From assembly GCA_963699755.1 (NCBI GenBank), contig CAVOVB010000002.1:1-64000 (forward strand): a stretch of 64,000 nt of DNA, given 5' to 3'. A program made the translations under genes and the position numbers. Positions 38,618 through 47,722 of this stretch are shown in pieces. Source of the stretch: an uncultured delta proteobacterium. Its GTDB lineage: Bacteria > Myxococcota_A > Polyangia > Polyangiales > Houyiibacteriaceae. Under the pieces are notes generated by a model. The model was given only the letters and a program-made list of their open reading frames with translations. It ran no database searches and had not been told where the DNA came from. Every line of letters begins with the position of its first letter. Position 1 is the first letter of the stretch.

Positions 38618-40888
38618 ATGTTGGATTTTGGTAAACCTCTTTCGCGAGCGCGATGCGCTTGCATGAGTTTCGGAGTCACGCTGTCCATGGGACTGCTGTT
38701 TGTGTTGCAACCCGCGCCGGCGGTCGCGCAGCACGGTGGCAACCCACAGCTGATGCCCACTTCGTCATTGGATCCGACCAGCATCGACAAGTATGTCGAC
38801 CCGCTCGTGATTCCACCGGTGATCCCGAGGACCAGCAAGATCAGCGTCAAGGGCGGCAAGAACATCGACTACTACGAGATCGCCGTACGGCAATTCCAAC
38901 AGCAGATCTTACCGACGGGAATGCCGTCGACCACGGTCTGGAGCTACGGCGCCGTCGGAGCTCCAGCGAGCTTCAACTATCCAGCTTTCACCATCGAAGC
39001 CAAATGGCAGAAGCCAGTCCGCGTGAAGTGGGTCAATGAGCTGGTTCAGGATCCGATCGACTGCTTCTACACGCCTGGTGGCCCCGTCAACGCAAGCTCC
39101 TGCAACTATCTCCCCCACTTACTGCCAGTCGACCAGACCTTGCATTGGGCAAATCCCGCAGCGGCAACGCTTTGCAAGAACGGACAATCGGGCACCGACT
39201 GCCGAACCAACGATCCTCAGAGCTACACCGGCCCGGTGCCGATGATCGTGCACGTGCATGGCGCCGAAACCTACGAGTGGTCGGACGGTTACCCCGAGGC
39301 ATGGTACCTCCCGGCCGCGAACAATCTGAATGGCGAGTTTGCGCTCGGTGGTTCCTTCTTCAACGTGTTCAATATCGGAGCCAACAGCTTCTTCGCCAAT
39401 GATGGAAAGAAGGCGCCGAATGCCGCCTGGGGAAATGGCAGCGCGACCTTCCAATATCCGAACGATCAGGAGGCGACCACGCTCTGGTACCACGATCACA
39501 CGCTCGGGATGACCCGCCTCAACGTCTACGCGGGGCCCGCCGGCTTTTACATCCTGCGCGGCGGTCCCGGCGACGCGGTCATCGGCAGCCTGCCAGGGCC
39601 CGCGCCCGCGCTCGGCGACCCACCGGGCCTCGATTACTACGAGATCCCGATCGTCATTCAGGATCGATCCTTCAACGCGGACGGGTCGCTCTTCTATCCG
39701 GACAACCGAGCATTCTTCGAGGGCCTCTACCCTTATCCAACACCGCCCTACCTCGACATTCCTTTCATTCCGGATCTTGCCGTCGACGGTGGCCAAAGCG
39801 ACGTGTCGCCCATCTGGAACCCCGAATTCTTTGGAAACACCCTCGTCACCAACGGCAAAACCTGGCCGTACCTGAGCACCGAGCCGCGCCGATACCGCTT
39901 CCGCTTCCTCAACGGCAGCCAGTCGCGGTTCCTCATCCTGCGGCTCATCACCGCCACCAATCCGGACGACCCGACAACCTGGGTCCAGGTGCCAGGTGCG
40001 TTTTGGCAGGTCGGCGCCGAGCAGGGCTTCTTGCCCACCCCCGTGCAACTCGACGAGCTTTTGATGGGTCCTGCTGAACGCGCCGACACCATCATGGACT
40101 TCAGCGCGATCACGGTGCCTGCTGGATCTGGCCTGTACCTGGTCAACGTCGCGCCGGACGATCCTTTTGGCGGCGGTGTTCTCGGGGTTGATTTCGATGC
40201 CGCGGATCCAACGACGACCGGGCAAGTCATGGAGTTCCGGACGGTGCCGCTCAAGGGCGTCGATGCGAGCACGCCACCGGCTCAGCTCGTTCTGCCAGCG
40301 CCACCGGTCTTACCTGCAGCAACCCAGGCGACCCGCACGATTACGCTCAACGAGGAAGAGTCGGCGACGGTCTGTGTCGTCGAAGACATGGACGGGAACC
40401 TGGTCGAGATCGACTGCGCGAATCCTGCAGCCGAGGCTTTCGGCCCGACCGAGGCCTTACTCGGCCAGCTAAACGCCGACGGCACGTCGACCCCGCTCGC
40501 CTGGTCCGATGCAACGTCGGAAAACGTCGCACTTGGTAACACGGAGGTCTGGGAGATCTATAACTTCACCGCGGATGCCCATCCTATCCACATCCATCTG
40601 GTGCAGTTCCAAGTCGTTGACCGTCAAGGACTCGCCACGGATGACGAAGGGATGGCAACTCAGCCGGCGCAGTTGGAGGGTGTCCCCCGGGGCCCCGAGG
40701 TCTGGGAAACCGGCTACAAAGACACGGTGATCGCCTATCCCGGCGAAGTCACCCGCGTGAAGGCTAGCTTCCCACTCGACGGCTTGTTCGTGTGGCACTG
40801 CCACATCCTCGAACACGAGGATAACGAGATGATGAGGCCATATTGCGTAGGCGACACTCCCGCCTGCCAGCAGCACAACGGCAACTAG
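38618..40888 (+). CDS. Multicopper oxidase (CotA/bilirubin-oxidase-like)
   Basis: HVHG, WYHDH, HPIHIH, HCHILEHEDNEM; start uncertain. Confidence 0.92.
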   Translation: MLDFGKPLSRARCACMSFGVTLSMGLLFVLQPAPAVAQHGGNPQLMPTSSLDPTSIDKYVDPLVIPPVIPRTSKISVKGGKNIDYYEIAVRQFQQQILPTGMPSTTVWSYGAVGAPASFNYPAFTIEAKWQKPVRVKWVNELVQDPIDCFYTPGGPVNASSCNYLPHLLPVDQTLHWANPAAATLCKNGQSGTDCRTNDPQSYTGPVPMIVHVHGAETYEWSDGYPEAWYLPAANNLNGEFALGGSFFNVFNIGANSFFANDGKKAPNAAWGNGSATFQYPNDQEATTLWYHDHTLGMTRLNVYAGPAGFYILRGGPGDAVIGSLPGPAPALGDPPGLDYYEIPIVIQDRSFNADGSLFYPDNRAFFEGLYPYPTPPYLDIPFIPDLAVDGGQSDVSPIWNPEFFGNTLVTNGKTWPYLSTEPRRYRFRFLNGSQSRFLILRLITATNPDDPTTWVQVPGAFWQVGAEQGFLPTPVQLDELLMGPAERADTIMDFSAITVPAGSGLYLVNVAPDDPFGGGVLGVDFDAADPTTTGQVMEFRTVPLKGVDASTPPAQLVLPAPPVLPAATQATRTITLNEEESATVCVVEDMDGNLVEIDCANPAAEAFGPTEALLGQLNADGTSTPLAWSDATSENVALGNTEVWEIYNFTADAHPIHIHLVQFQVVDRQGLATDDEGMATQPAQLEGVPRGPEVWETGYKDTVIAYPGEVTRVKASFPLDGLFVWHCHILEHEDNEMMRPYCVGDTPACQQHNGN

Positions 40889-41085
40889 CGAAGGACCTCT
40901 GCTTGCCTATGGTGGCCCGCCCCTCGGGTGCGGGCTACCACAGGGAGGTCGTTTGTGGAGAGCGCTGACCGGTGAGGAAATCTCCACGGCGCTCGGCGCG
41001 ACGCAGCCGTCTCCTTATCCGCTTCAAGAAGCTCGATTTGGGGTCAGCTCCATCGATACCGCAAGATGTACTGATGGGGGTTGCG

Positions 41086-41415
41086 ATGAAAGCATGGAGA
41101 ATGTTCGGGCTTGCGCTGCTGATGCTCAGCGGCTGCGGTGATTCGAAGACAGGAGACGCTCGGACGGCGGGGCAGGTTTGTGACGAAATCTGCGGCTGGC
41201 CGGACGCGTGTTTCGTGCAGCTGGGTGTTCCTGTGCAGGGGGCGGAGTGCGTGCAGAGCTGCGAGGCGCAGGCGGACTTCGTCGGCCTCGACTGCCTGAG
41301 AGCCATCTCGGATACGGTCAATTGTCTTGGCACCTGCGACCTCGAGTCACTGACCGATCAGCAGATACTCAACTGTCAGAGCGTGGCGCTCACCATCGAC
41401 TCGGCTTGCGAGTAG
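41086..41415 (+). CDS. Small Cys-rich lipoprotein
   Basis: Lipobox LSGC; CxxxC pairs. Confidence 0.65.
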   Translation: MKAWRMFGLALLMLSGCGDSKTGDARTAGQVCDEICGWPDACFVQLGVPVQGAECVQSCEAQADFVGLDCLRAISDTVNCLGTCDLESLTDQQILNCQSVALTIDSACE

Positions 41416-41461
41416 CCGATACCTTGCGTTCGCGCTCGCTCCGAGCGATGGAGCGACGTGC

Positions 41462-42850
41462 CTATGGCAGGAAGAAAACGCCCCTGAGATCTTCCGTGCG
41501 CGAGAGCGGGCGTTCATTCCCATCGAACGACGTTACCCGAAACTGATAGTAGGTCCCGGATGCAAGGGGTGGACCTCCATACGGTACCTCGGGATCGCTT
41601 CCGGTCGACTTGGGGATGTTCGCGTCGCTCCAGATCATCTCTCCAAACGTGTCGAACACCTCGATCTGGTAGCGCTCTTCGCCACTATCACCGACCCACG
41701 AAAAGACTGGCGTTCCGGTGAGCTCTTCGGCGCCCTCGGCGCCCGGGGATAGGACGTCGAGGGACCCGGTGACTTTGAAGCCCGGCGCAACGACCGACTG
41801 ACCGGCGCTCACTTCGACCCGAACGATCTCGGTGTTGCCTTGACCGAAGTCCGGGTCGCGCACGAGGCGGTCGTTCTCGAACGCTCCGAGCACCTTGTAG
41901 CTGCCGGCGGGCACGCCTTCCATGATCCAGCTTCCGCTATCGACGAGATCATCGCCTTTGGGCGCGCGAAGCCCGGGTGGCGTCTCGCCGCGAGCCAGGA
42001 CTTCGTCAAAAGTCGACTCGACCACCAGGATGTACGAGGTTCCTTTGCCTGCGCCTCGGTTCACGATCTGCACGCTGCCGGTGACGGTTCCCGTGGCATC
42101 ACGTGAAAGAGCCAGGTCGACTCGTGCTTCCTCGCCTCCGCTGACCGATGCCTCTTGCGCAACGTAGTTCAAACCTTGGGCGTAGCCGAGCACCGAGAAG
42201 TTGCCGTCGGGAAGATTGAAGATCCGGTAGACCCCATTCCGGTCGGCAATCGCGCTGAAACCCTGCGGGCTCTGACCAGAGGTCTCTGCCACGACCAGCA
42301 CGCCAGTCGCGTTGCTCGGCACCTCGACCCTACCAAAAATCTCGTTGCTCCCCGCCCCCGCAGGAAGCGCGATCAGGCCAATGTCAGTTGCGGCAGTCTG
42401 CACGACGAGCAACCCGTCTTCACCGATCGGGTTCGATACATCGATTGGCAGCGCTTGCCGAATGCCGCCCGGGAAGGTCTGGAAGCCGGCAGCGTCCGCG
42501 CGGAGCGTTACATCGCCGCCCCTTGGATTGCCGTCGGCGTCGCGCTGGCGGGCAACTTGGATCTGATAGTCTCCACTTGCATCCGTCACCGCTACCGTGC
42601 CCGCCGGCGCGCGGTTCGCGTCCAATGCCACAACGGTCGCACCTTCGATGCCATTGTCGTTGGCTCGATCGGACACGTTGCCGCGAAGGATGACCGGCTC
42701 GAAGCATTCGGGTTCGCCACCGACAACTTCCTCGCAAACGAGGCCCTCTTCACACCCGGTCTGCGCGACGGGATCGCAAGAGTTGCTGCCGCTGGAGCAG
42801 CCGCTCACTAGGAGCGGCAAGACCGCTACGGCATTGATCATCCGATTCAT
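41462..42850 (-). CDS. Lipoprotein with carboxypeptidase-regulatory-like beta-sandwich repeats
   Basis: Lipobox SGC; GIEGATV, TDASGDY, ADRNGVYRIFNLPDG. Confidence 0.7.
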   Translation of the reverse strand: MNRMINAVAVLPLLVSGCSSGSNSCDPVAQTGCEEGLVCEEVVGGEPECFEPVILRGNVSDRANDNGIEGATVVALDANRAPAGTVAVTDASGDYQIQVARQRDADGNPRGGDVTLRADAAGFQTFPGGIRQALPIDVSNPIGEDGLLVVQTAATDIGLIALPAGAGSNEIFGRVEVPSNATGVLVVAETSGQSPQGFSAIADRNGVYRIFNLPDGNFSVLGYAQGLNYVAQEASVSGGEEARVDLALSRDATGTVTGSVQIVNRGAGKGTSYILVVESTFDEVLARGETPPGLRAPKGDDLVDSGSWIMEGVPAGSYKVLGAFENDRLVRDPDFGQGNTEIVRVEVSAGQSVVAPGFKVTGSLDVLSPGAEGAEELTGTPVFSWVGDSGEERYQIEVFDTFGEMIWSDANIPKSTGSDPEVPYGGPPLASGTYYQFRVTSFDGNERPLSRTEDLRGVFFLP

Positions 42851-42863
42851 GGTTTCCCCCAAT

Positions 42864-44006
42864 TCAGTTGTCGCCTGCGCCCTGGCAGATCCAGGTCGCG
42901 ATAGTCTTGATCAGGTCTTCGGCCAGGGGTGGATCCCCCTTTGGCATCTGGGTCCCCGTGCACAGCTCGCTTCCCGTGAGCTTTCCGATCAGGAGGCTCC
43001 CCTCCGGATGACCTGGCACTACGACGGGACCGCAGTTGGTCGTTGCATTCAGCAGGCTGGCGAAGGCGTTACCAGGCGTCAGATCGAGGTCGCTGCCTCG
43101 GCCGCCTGCGCCTCCGACACGACCGGGCCCTGCGACCCCATCGTGACAGCCGATCGAGGCGCAGCTCGCGCTGAAGATCGGTTGGACGTCGCTCACAAAC
43201 GACACGGTCTCAGTGCCGCATTGACAGGTTCCCGCGACACAAGACGTGCCCGGGCCACAGCCGGCCCCGCAGGCTCCACAGTTGCGCGGATCGGTCATGA
43301 TATCGACGCACGCTCCCGAGCATTCGACGAGATCGCCGCAATCCGCCGAGCACTCTCCCTCGAGACAAAACGAGGCGCCACAGCCCGCCTCGCAGGCTCC
43401 GCAATTGTCGGGATCGCTCGCGAGGTCGGCGCATCCCGAGCTGCACGCGGCAAGACCTCCCGGGCACGCACAAGCACCATCGATACAAGAGGCCGCGGAT
43501 GAACATGCCCGACCGCAGGTGCCGCAATGTTGAGCGTCGGTTTGAAGATCGATACACGCGGTCCCGCCACAAGTCTCGCAGACACTCGAGGGATCGAGCT
43601 GGTCGATCCAAGCGGCGATGCAGTCCACGGTTTCACCCGTGAGGATTCCGCCGATGGGCATTTTCGCGCCGCAGTCCGTCGTCCCCCGGAGCTTCATCAC
43701 GAGGAGTGAACCCTCAGCGTCGCCGGCGATGACTCGGGTTTCTCCTCCACAGAGAGCCGACTCGCGACCAAAGAGCTCGAGCTCGAGCGCGTCCGTCTCG
43801 AGGTCGAGTCCCCCGGCGCGGTCGCCGGAGCCATGACAGCCGGCGTCGATGCAACCTGGCCGAAAGACCTGGCTGGATAGCTGCTCGAGAGCGGTTGGAC
43901 ACGGGGGACCGGGACGCACCCTTGGTCCGGCCGAGCTCCCGTCGTCGCTGCACGCCGCCAGCACGAGCCCGCACGCGATCGCCATTGCCCTTCGCATCGT
44001 CCCCAT
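42864..44006 (-). CDS. Cys-rich lipoprotein with two cytochrome-c-like domains (CX4CH)
   Basis: CIDAGCH and CASIGCH, each followed by SLL..KL.G...MP..G...WI; central DPxNCGACG repeats. Confidence 0.7.
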   Translation of the reverse strand: MGTMRRAMAIACGLVLAACSDDGSSAGPRVRPGPPCPTALEQLSSQVFRPGCIDAGCHGSGDRAGGLDLETDALELELFGRESALCGGETRVIAGDAEGSLLVMKLRGTTDCGAKMPIGGILTGETVDCIAAWIDQLDPSSVCETCGGTACIDLQTDAQHCGTCGRACSSAASCIDGACACPGGLAACSSGCADLASDPDNCGACEAGCGASFCLEGECSADCGDLVECSGACVDIMTDPRNCGACGAGCGPGTSCVAGTCQCGTETVSFVSDVQPIFSASCASIGCHDGVAGPGRVGGAGGRGSDLDLTPGNAFASLLNATTNCGPVVVPGHPEGSLLIGKLTGSELCTGTQMPKGDPPLAEDLIKTIATWICQGAGDN

Positions 44007-44190
44007 TCCCTGCTTGAATGATGCCAGCTAGAGAGATCGCCTAGCAAATCGGCTCGGCACGGTGAATTCCGGCGCTATGGCTTGGCTGGCCCCTTCGCTC
44101 GGCAGGGACCTAGAGGCCCAGATCGCGCGGACCAGCAAGAACGAGGCGTACCTGTTGCCTCAAGCCTTCCCGGTCAGCTAAGATGAGAAA

Positions 44191-45174
44191 ATGCAATATC
44201 AACATATTTTTGCATTTTCACTGGTTGCGCTTCTTGCGCTCTCTGGCGGTGCATGCGGCAACGACCCGTCTGGCGCGAACCGTGGCGGCGCTGGGACCGG
44301 GGGAACCGGCACCGGGGGAACCGGCACCAGCGGTACCGGCGGCAGAGGGGGCAATGCCGGGTCGGCGGGGGTTGGCGGAATGGCCGGCACTGGAGGGACC
44401 GCGGGGACCGCGGGCGGTTGTTTGCCAGTCCTTTGTCCGGACGGCAACTCCTACGGATGTGGCGACTGCATGGACAACGACGGCGATGGCCTCATCGACG
44501 ATAAAGACCCCGAGTGCCTTGGGCCGTGCGACAACACCGAAGGGCCGATCCTGCTGACAGGTACCCCGGGCGAAACCGGCAATCAGTGCGGTGCAGACTG
44601 CTACTTCGACCGGGGCAATGGGTCGGGATCCGGCGAGTGCAAATGGGATCGACGCTGCGATCCGCTCGAGCCCAAAGATGGCTGTGCGCACGACCCCGAT
44701 CTCATCGGTGCTGAGAATTATTGCCCCGACGTGCAGCCCGAGCCTTGCGAGCAAGACTGCGGGGCGCTCACGCCGAACGGCTGTGACTGCTTTGGATGCT
44801 GCACGTTCCCCGCACTCAATGGTGGGTACGTCTTCCTCGGCTCCTATGTCGGGAACGACGGCACCTGCACCTTGAATGACCTCGAAGACCCGGCGCTCTG
44901 CCGACCGTGCACGCCGGCAGGCAGCTGCTTGAACACATGCGAGCGCTGCGAGATCTGTCTCGGCAAACCGACCATCCCTGCTGACTGCTTCCCTGGCGCC
45001 GGCGGAAGCGGTGGCATGGGGGGCGGTGGCATGGGGGGCGGCGGCATGGGTGGAGACGGCGGCAGTCTACGCTGCCCGATCGGAAAGCAGGCTTGTGGTC
45101 TGCCTGGCGATCCAGCTTGTCCTTCGGGGGCCTTCTGCCTGACTGGGTGCTGCACCGAGATCGTGGTGCAGTAG
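44191..45174 (+). CDS. Cys-rich, Gly-rich lipoprotein
   Basis: Lipobox GAC; DCMDNDGDGLID motif; GGM/GGT linkers. Confidence 0.7.
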   Translation: MQYQHIFAFSLVALLALSGGACGNDPSGANRGGAGTGGTGTGGTGTSGTGGRGGNAGSAGVGGMAGTGGTAGTAGGCLPVLCPDGNSYGCGDCMDNDGDGLIDDKDPECLGPCDNTEGPILLTGTPGETGNQCGADCYFDRGNGSGSGECKWDRRCDPLEPKDGCAHDPDLIGAENYCPDVQPEPCEQDCGALTPNGCDCFGCCTFPALNGGYVFLGSYVGNDGTCTLNDLEDPALCRPCTPAGSCLNTCERCEICLGKPTIPADCFPGAGGSGGMGGGGMGGGGMGGDGGSLRCPIGKQACGLPGDPACPSGAFCLTGCCTEIVVQ

Positions 45175-45354
45175 CGCGGCTCACGTGCTGTGATCCAGAG
45201 TCAAGACCTGCCCGTGCATGACGCCAGCGTTCTGTGTGAGCACTCGCACATTTTCCGATGCAGGAAATGCGGCGTGGGCGGAATGTGTATTCTTTCGTAG
45301 TTTGTGAGGCACATCGCTTGGCACCCGGCGTCTGCCGTGGGAATTCTTCTAGCT

Positions 45355-46269
45355 ATGAAGTATCGAAACCTGTTCATTCTCTCGGCCGGCATAGTCTTCG
45401 TACTCAGCCTCGGTTGTTCTGAGGGCGTCACCGTCGACCCGTCGACGCAAAAACTCTCTCCCGCATGCATCGAAAACGCAGACGATATCGAAGGCCAGGG
45501 CTGGCTTTGCCCGGACGACTTGGCGGTAGAATGCGAGAACGGCGGCGCGGATCCGGAGCTCATCTATATGGTGCCATCGGGTGATCTTCCTGAAAGCTGT
45601 GACGACATCCAGCTATCGCTCAACAACGAGGGGCCCTTTGAGTTGGGGACGCACGAAATCGTCGTCACCGCAGAAGCCTCGGGGGTCGACGCAGGGACCG
45701 TGGAGGTCCTCTGCGAAGCGACGCTGACGGTGGAGGACACCGTGCCTCCCGAGGCCAAGCACGAGATCATCGAGCTCTGGCCACCAAATCACAAGCTCCA
45801 CACGATCTCGGGCGAAGACTGTGTGAAGGACGTATGCGACGACAGTGTGACAGTGACGTTCCTCTCAGCCTCGAGCGACGAAGCGGTCAACGACAAGGGT
45901 GACGGCAATACCGAGCCCGACATCATCCTCGACTGCGATCGCGTGCAACTGCGCTCCGAGCGACAGGGCGGAGGCAACGGTCGCATCTACACGCTCGGTT
46001 GGAAAGCGGTCGACGATGCCGGCAACGAAACCGAGGGCGAGTGCGTCGTCGCAGTCCCGCATGACCAGAGCGGCCGCGAGGCGGTCGATGACGGAACCGC
46101 GTACGAGATGATGCTCGATGCAAACGCGTGCGACAGCGGCACCGGTGGCACCGGTGGCATGGGTGGCACCGGTGGCATGGGTGGCACCGGTGGCATGGGT
46201 GGCACCGGTGGCATGGGTGGCACCGGTGGCATGGGTGGTACCGGTGGCATGGACGACACGGCGGTTTGA
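45355..46269 (+). CDS. Lipoprotein with LWPPNHK beta-domain and GGTGGM tail
   Basis: Lipobox LGC; LWPPNHKL, LRSERQGGGNGRIYT, VAVPHDQ. Confidence 0.75.
   Translation: MKYRNLFILSAGIVFVLSLGCSEGVTVDPSTQKLSPACIENADDIEGQGWLCPDDLAVECENGGADPELIYMVPSGDLPESCDDIQLSLNNEGPFELGTHEIVVTAEASGVDAGTVEVLCEATLTVEDTVPPEAKHEIIELWPPNHKLHTISGEDCVKDVCDDSVTVTFLSASSDEAVNDKGDGNTEPDIILDCDRVQLRSERQGGGNGRIYTLGWKAVDDAGNETEGECVVAVPHDQSGREAVDDGTAYEMMLDANACDSGTGGTGGMGGTGGMGGTGGMGGTGGMGGTGGMGGTGGMDDTAV
46138..46251 (+). repeat. Coding 18-bp tandem repeat (GGCACCGGTGGCATGGGT)
   Basis: About six near-perfect units encoding GTGGMG. Confidence 0.9.
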
Positions 46270-46273
46270 AGCA

Positions 46274-46298
46274 GGTTCGATTGCGGCCGCCTCCACAA
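46274..46298 (+). repeat. Degenerate tmRNA/tRNA-like 3' end, possible outermost att site
   Basis: GGTTCGATTGCGGCCGCCTCCACAA: 4 mismatches to the 25-nt core, intergenic, same strand. Confidence 0.5.
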
Positions 46299-46648
46299 TT
46301 TCGGCACTGCCGGCTGGGAAAGTACAGAGTTCGACCTCTAGGTCCAACGGCCGATCGACTTCATTGATCCCCGGTCACGGCGCATCGATGGTGTCTTGGG
46401 CGACGGGCACGACCCTCCGGTACTTGCTTCGATTTCCTTGGAGACCTCGAGCAACGCGAAGCACGAAGGCCCTGGGACGGAGCGCATCTGCCACCACGAA
46501 CATCGCGCCCACCTTCACGAGGCCGGATTGCGGGGACAGGTCGTCCCGGTGCTTCACCGATGGGAACTTCGTGTAACATCGAAACAACTCGGTGGAGCGC
46601 TCATCGCGCCGGCGGGGCCCGAAATCGCCATGGTCTTGGAGCTCGATG

Positions 46649-47251
46649 TCATTTCTCCGGACGGGTTGCCACGAGGCGGACGACGCTGGCGAGGCCCGTG
46701 TGGTATCGGCCTTCCCGGATCTCGGCCTCTTCCTTTTCCAGCTGTAGGATGACCAAATCCGAGAAGTCTTCGCGCAGGTCCTCGAGGGTGTAGAGCAGCT
46801 GCTCGTTAGGCGGGCCGCCCGTACCGTAGCCGAGCTGCTCTTTGCTGTAGGCTTCGAGGATTAGTCGGCCGCCTGGCGCGAGCGCCGTCGCGAGCTTTCG
46901 ATGAAACGATCGGCGAATGTTCTCCGGCAAGTGAGCGAAGATGAGGGCAACTGCGTCGTACGTTCCGGGTTCGATTTGTGCGCTTTCGTAGTCCGCAACC
47001 TCGTAGTTGATCCCCACGCCGTGCCGAGCAGCGAGTCGTAGCGCTTTTTCGCGGCCGGAGGCGCTGAAGTCGAACGCATCGACCGTCCAGCCCTGCCGTG
47101 CTGCATACACTGCATTGCGCCCCTCACCCTCCCCTGGAAGAAGAAGACGCCCAGGCCGCATCCGATCGAGGCAACTCCTGAAGAACACGTTCGGCTCTTC
47201 GCCGTAGGCGTACTCTACCTGCCCGTACCGTTCGTCCCACATCTCCTTCAT
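46649..47251 (-). CDS. Class I SAM-dependent methyltransferase
   Basis: MWDERY...YGEEPN, PGEGEGRNAVYAA, LAPGGRLILE. Confidence 0.9.
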   Translation of the reverse strand: MKEMWDERYGQVEYAYGEEPNVFFRSCLDRMRPGRLLLPGEGEGRNAVYAARQGWTVDAFDFSASGREKALRLAARHGVGINYEVADYESAQIEPGTYDAVALIFAHLPENIRRSFHRKLATALAPGGRLILEAYSKEQLGYGTGGPPNEQLLYTLEDLREDFSDLVILQLEKEEAEIREGRYHTGLASVVRLVATRPEK

Positions 47252-47722
47252 GTCGGCCTCCGCGCGAACGACTCTGAGCTGCTTACGACTATCGCGCTAG
47301 CCAGCCGAGGACGTGCGATAGCCCGGACAGCAAGTTCAGTCGGATCGCGTCAGCATTTTGGGGCTTCAGCTCGGTGGCAGATACCGATCTCCGACTTCGC
47401 GTGGCATTTCAATCTCCGTCATTGCATGAGCATCTGGACCGACGCGTATTTCTCCGGACGGACTCCGATGCGTCGGGCGTATCGTATACCAACTCCAGCC
47501 GGTCGGGTGTCTCTTCGCCCCTTAGGCACGGGGAGCTTCGAAGGACGAGCTGCGATACCCCTTTTGGCGCCCACCAAGAGGCGCTTGATCGTTGCGCTGG
47601 GCCGACCAGAATGGCCCCCATTCCGCCGCGAGGGATCCACAAGCCCCAAAATCCTATGGGAGGGGCCGGACGCCTGCTGAAATCAAAGCAGTGAACCGCC
47701 CGAGTTGCACGAAGGGAGTACG

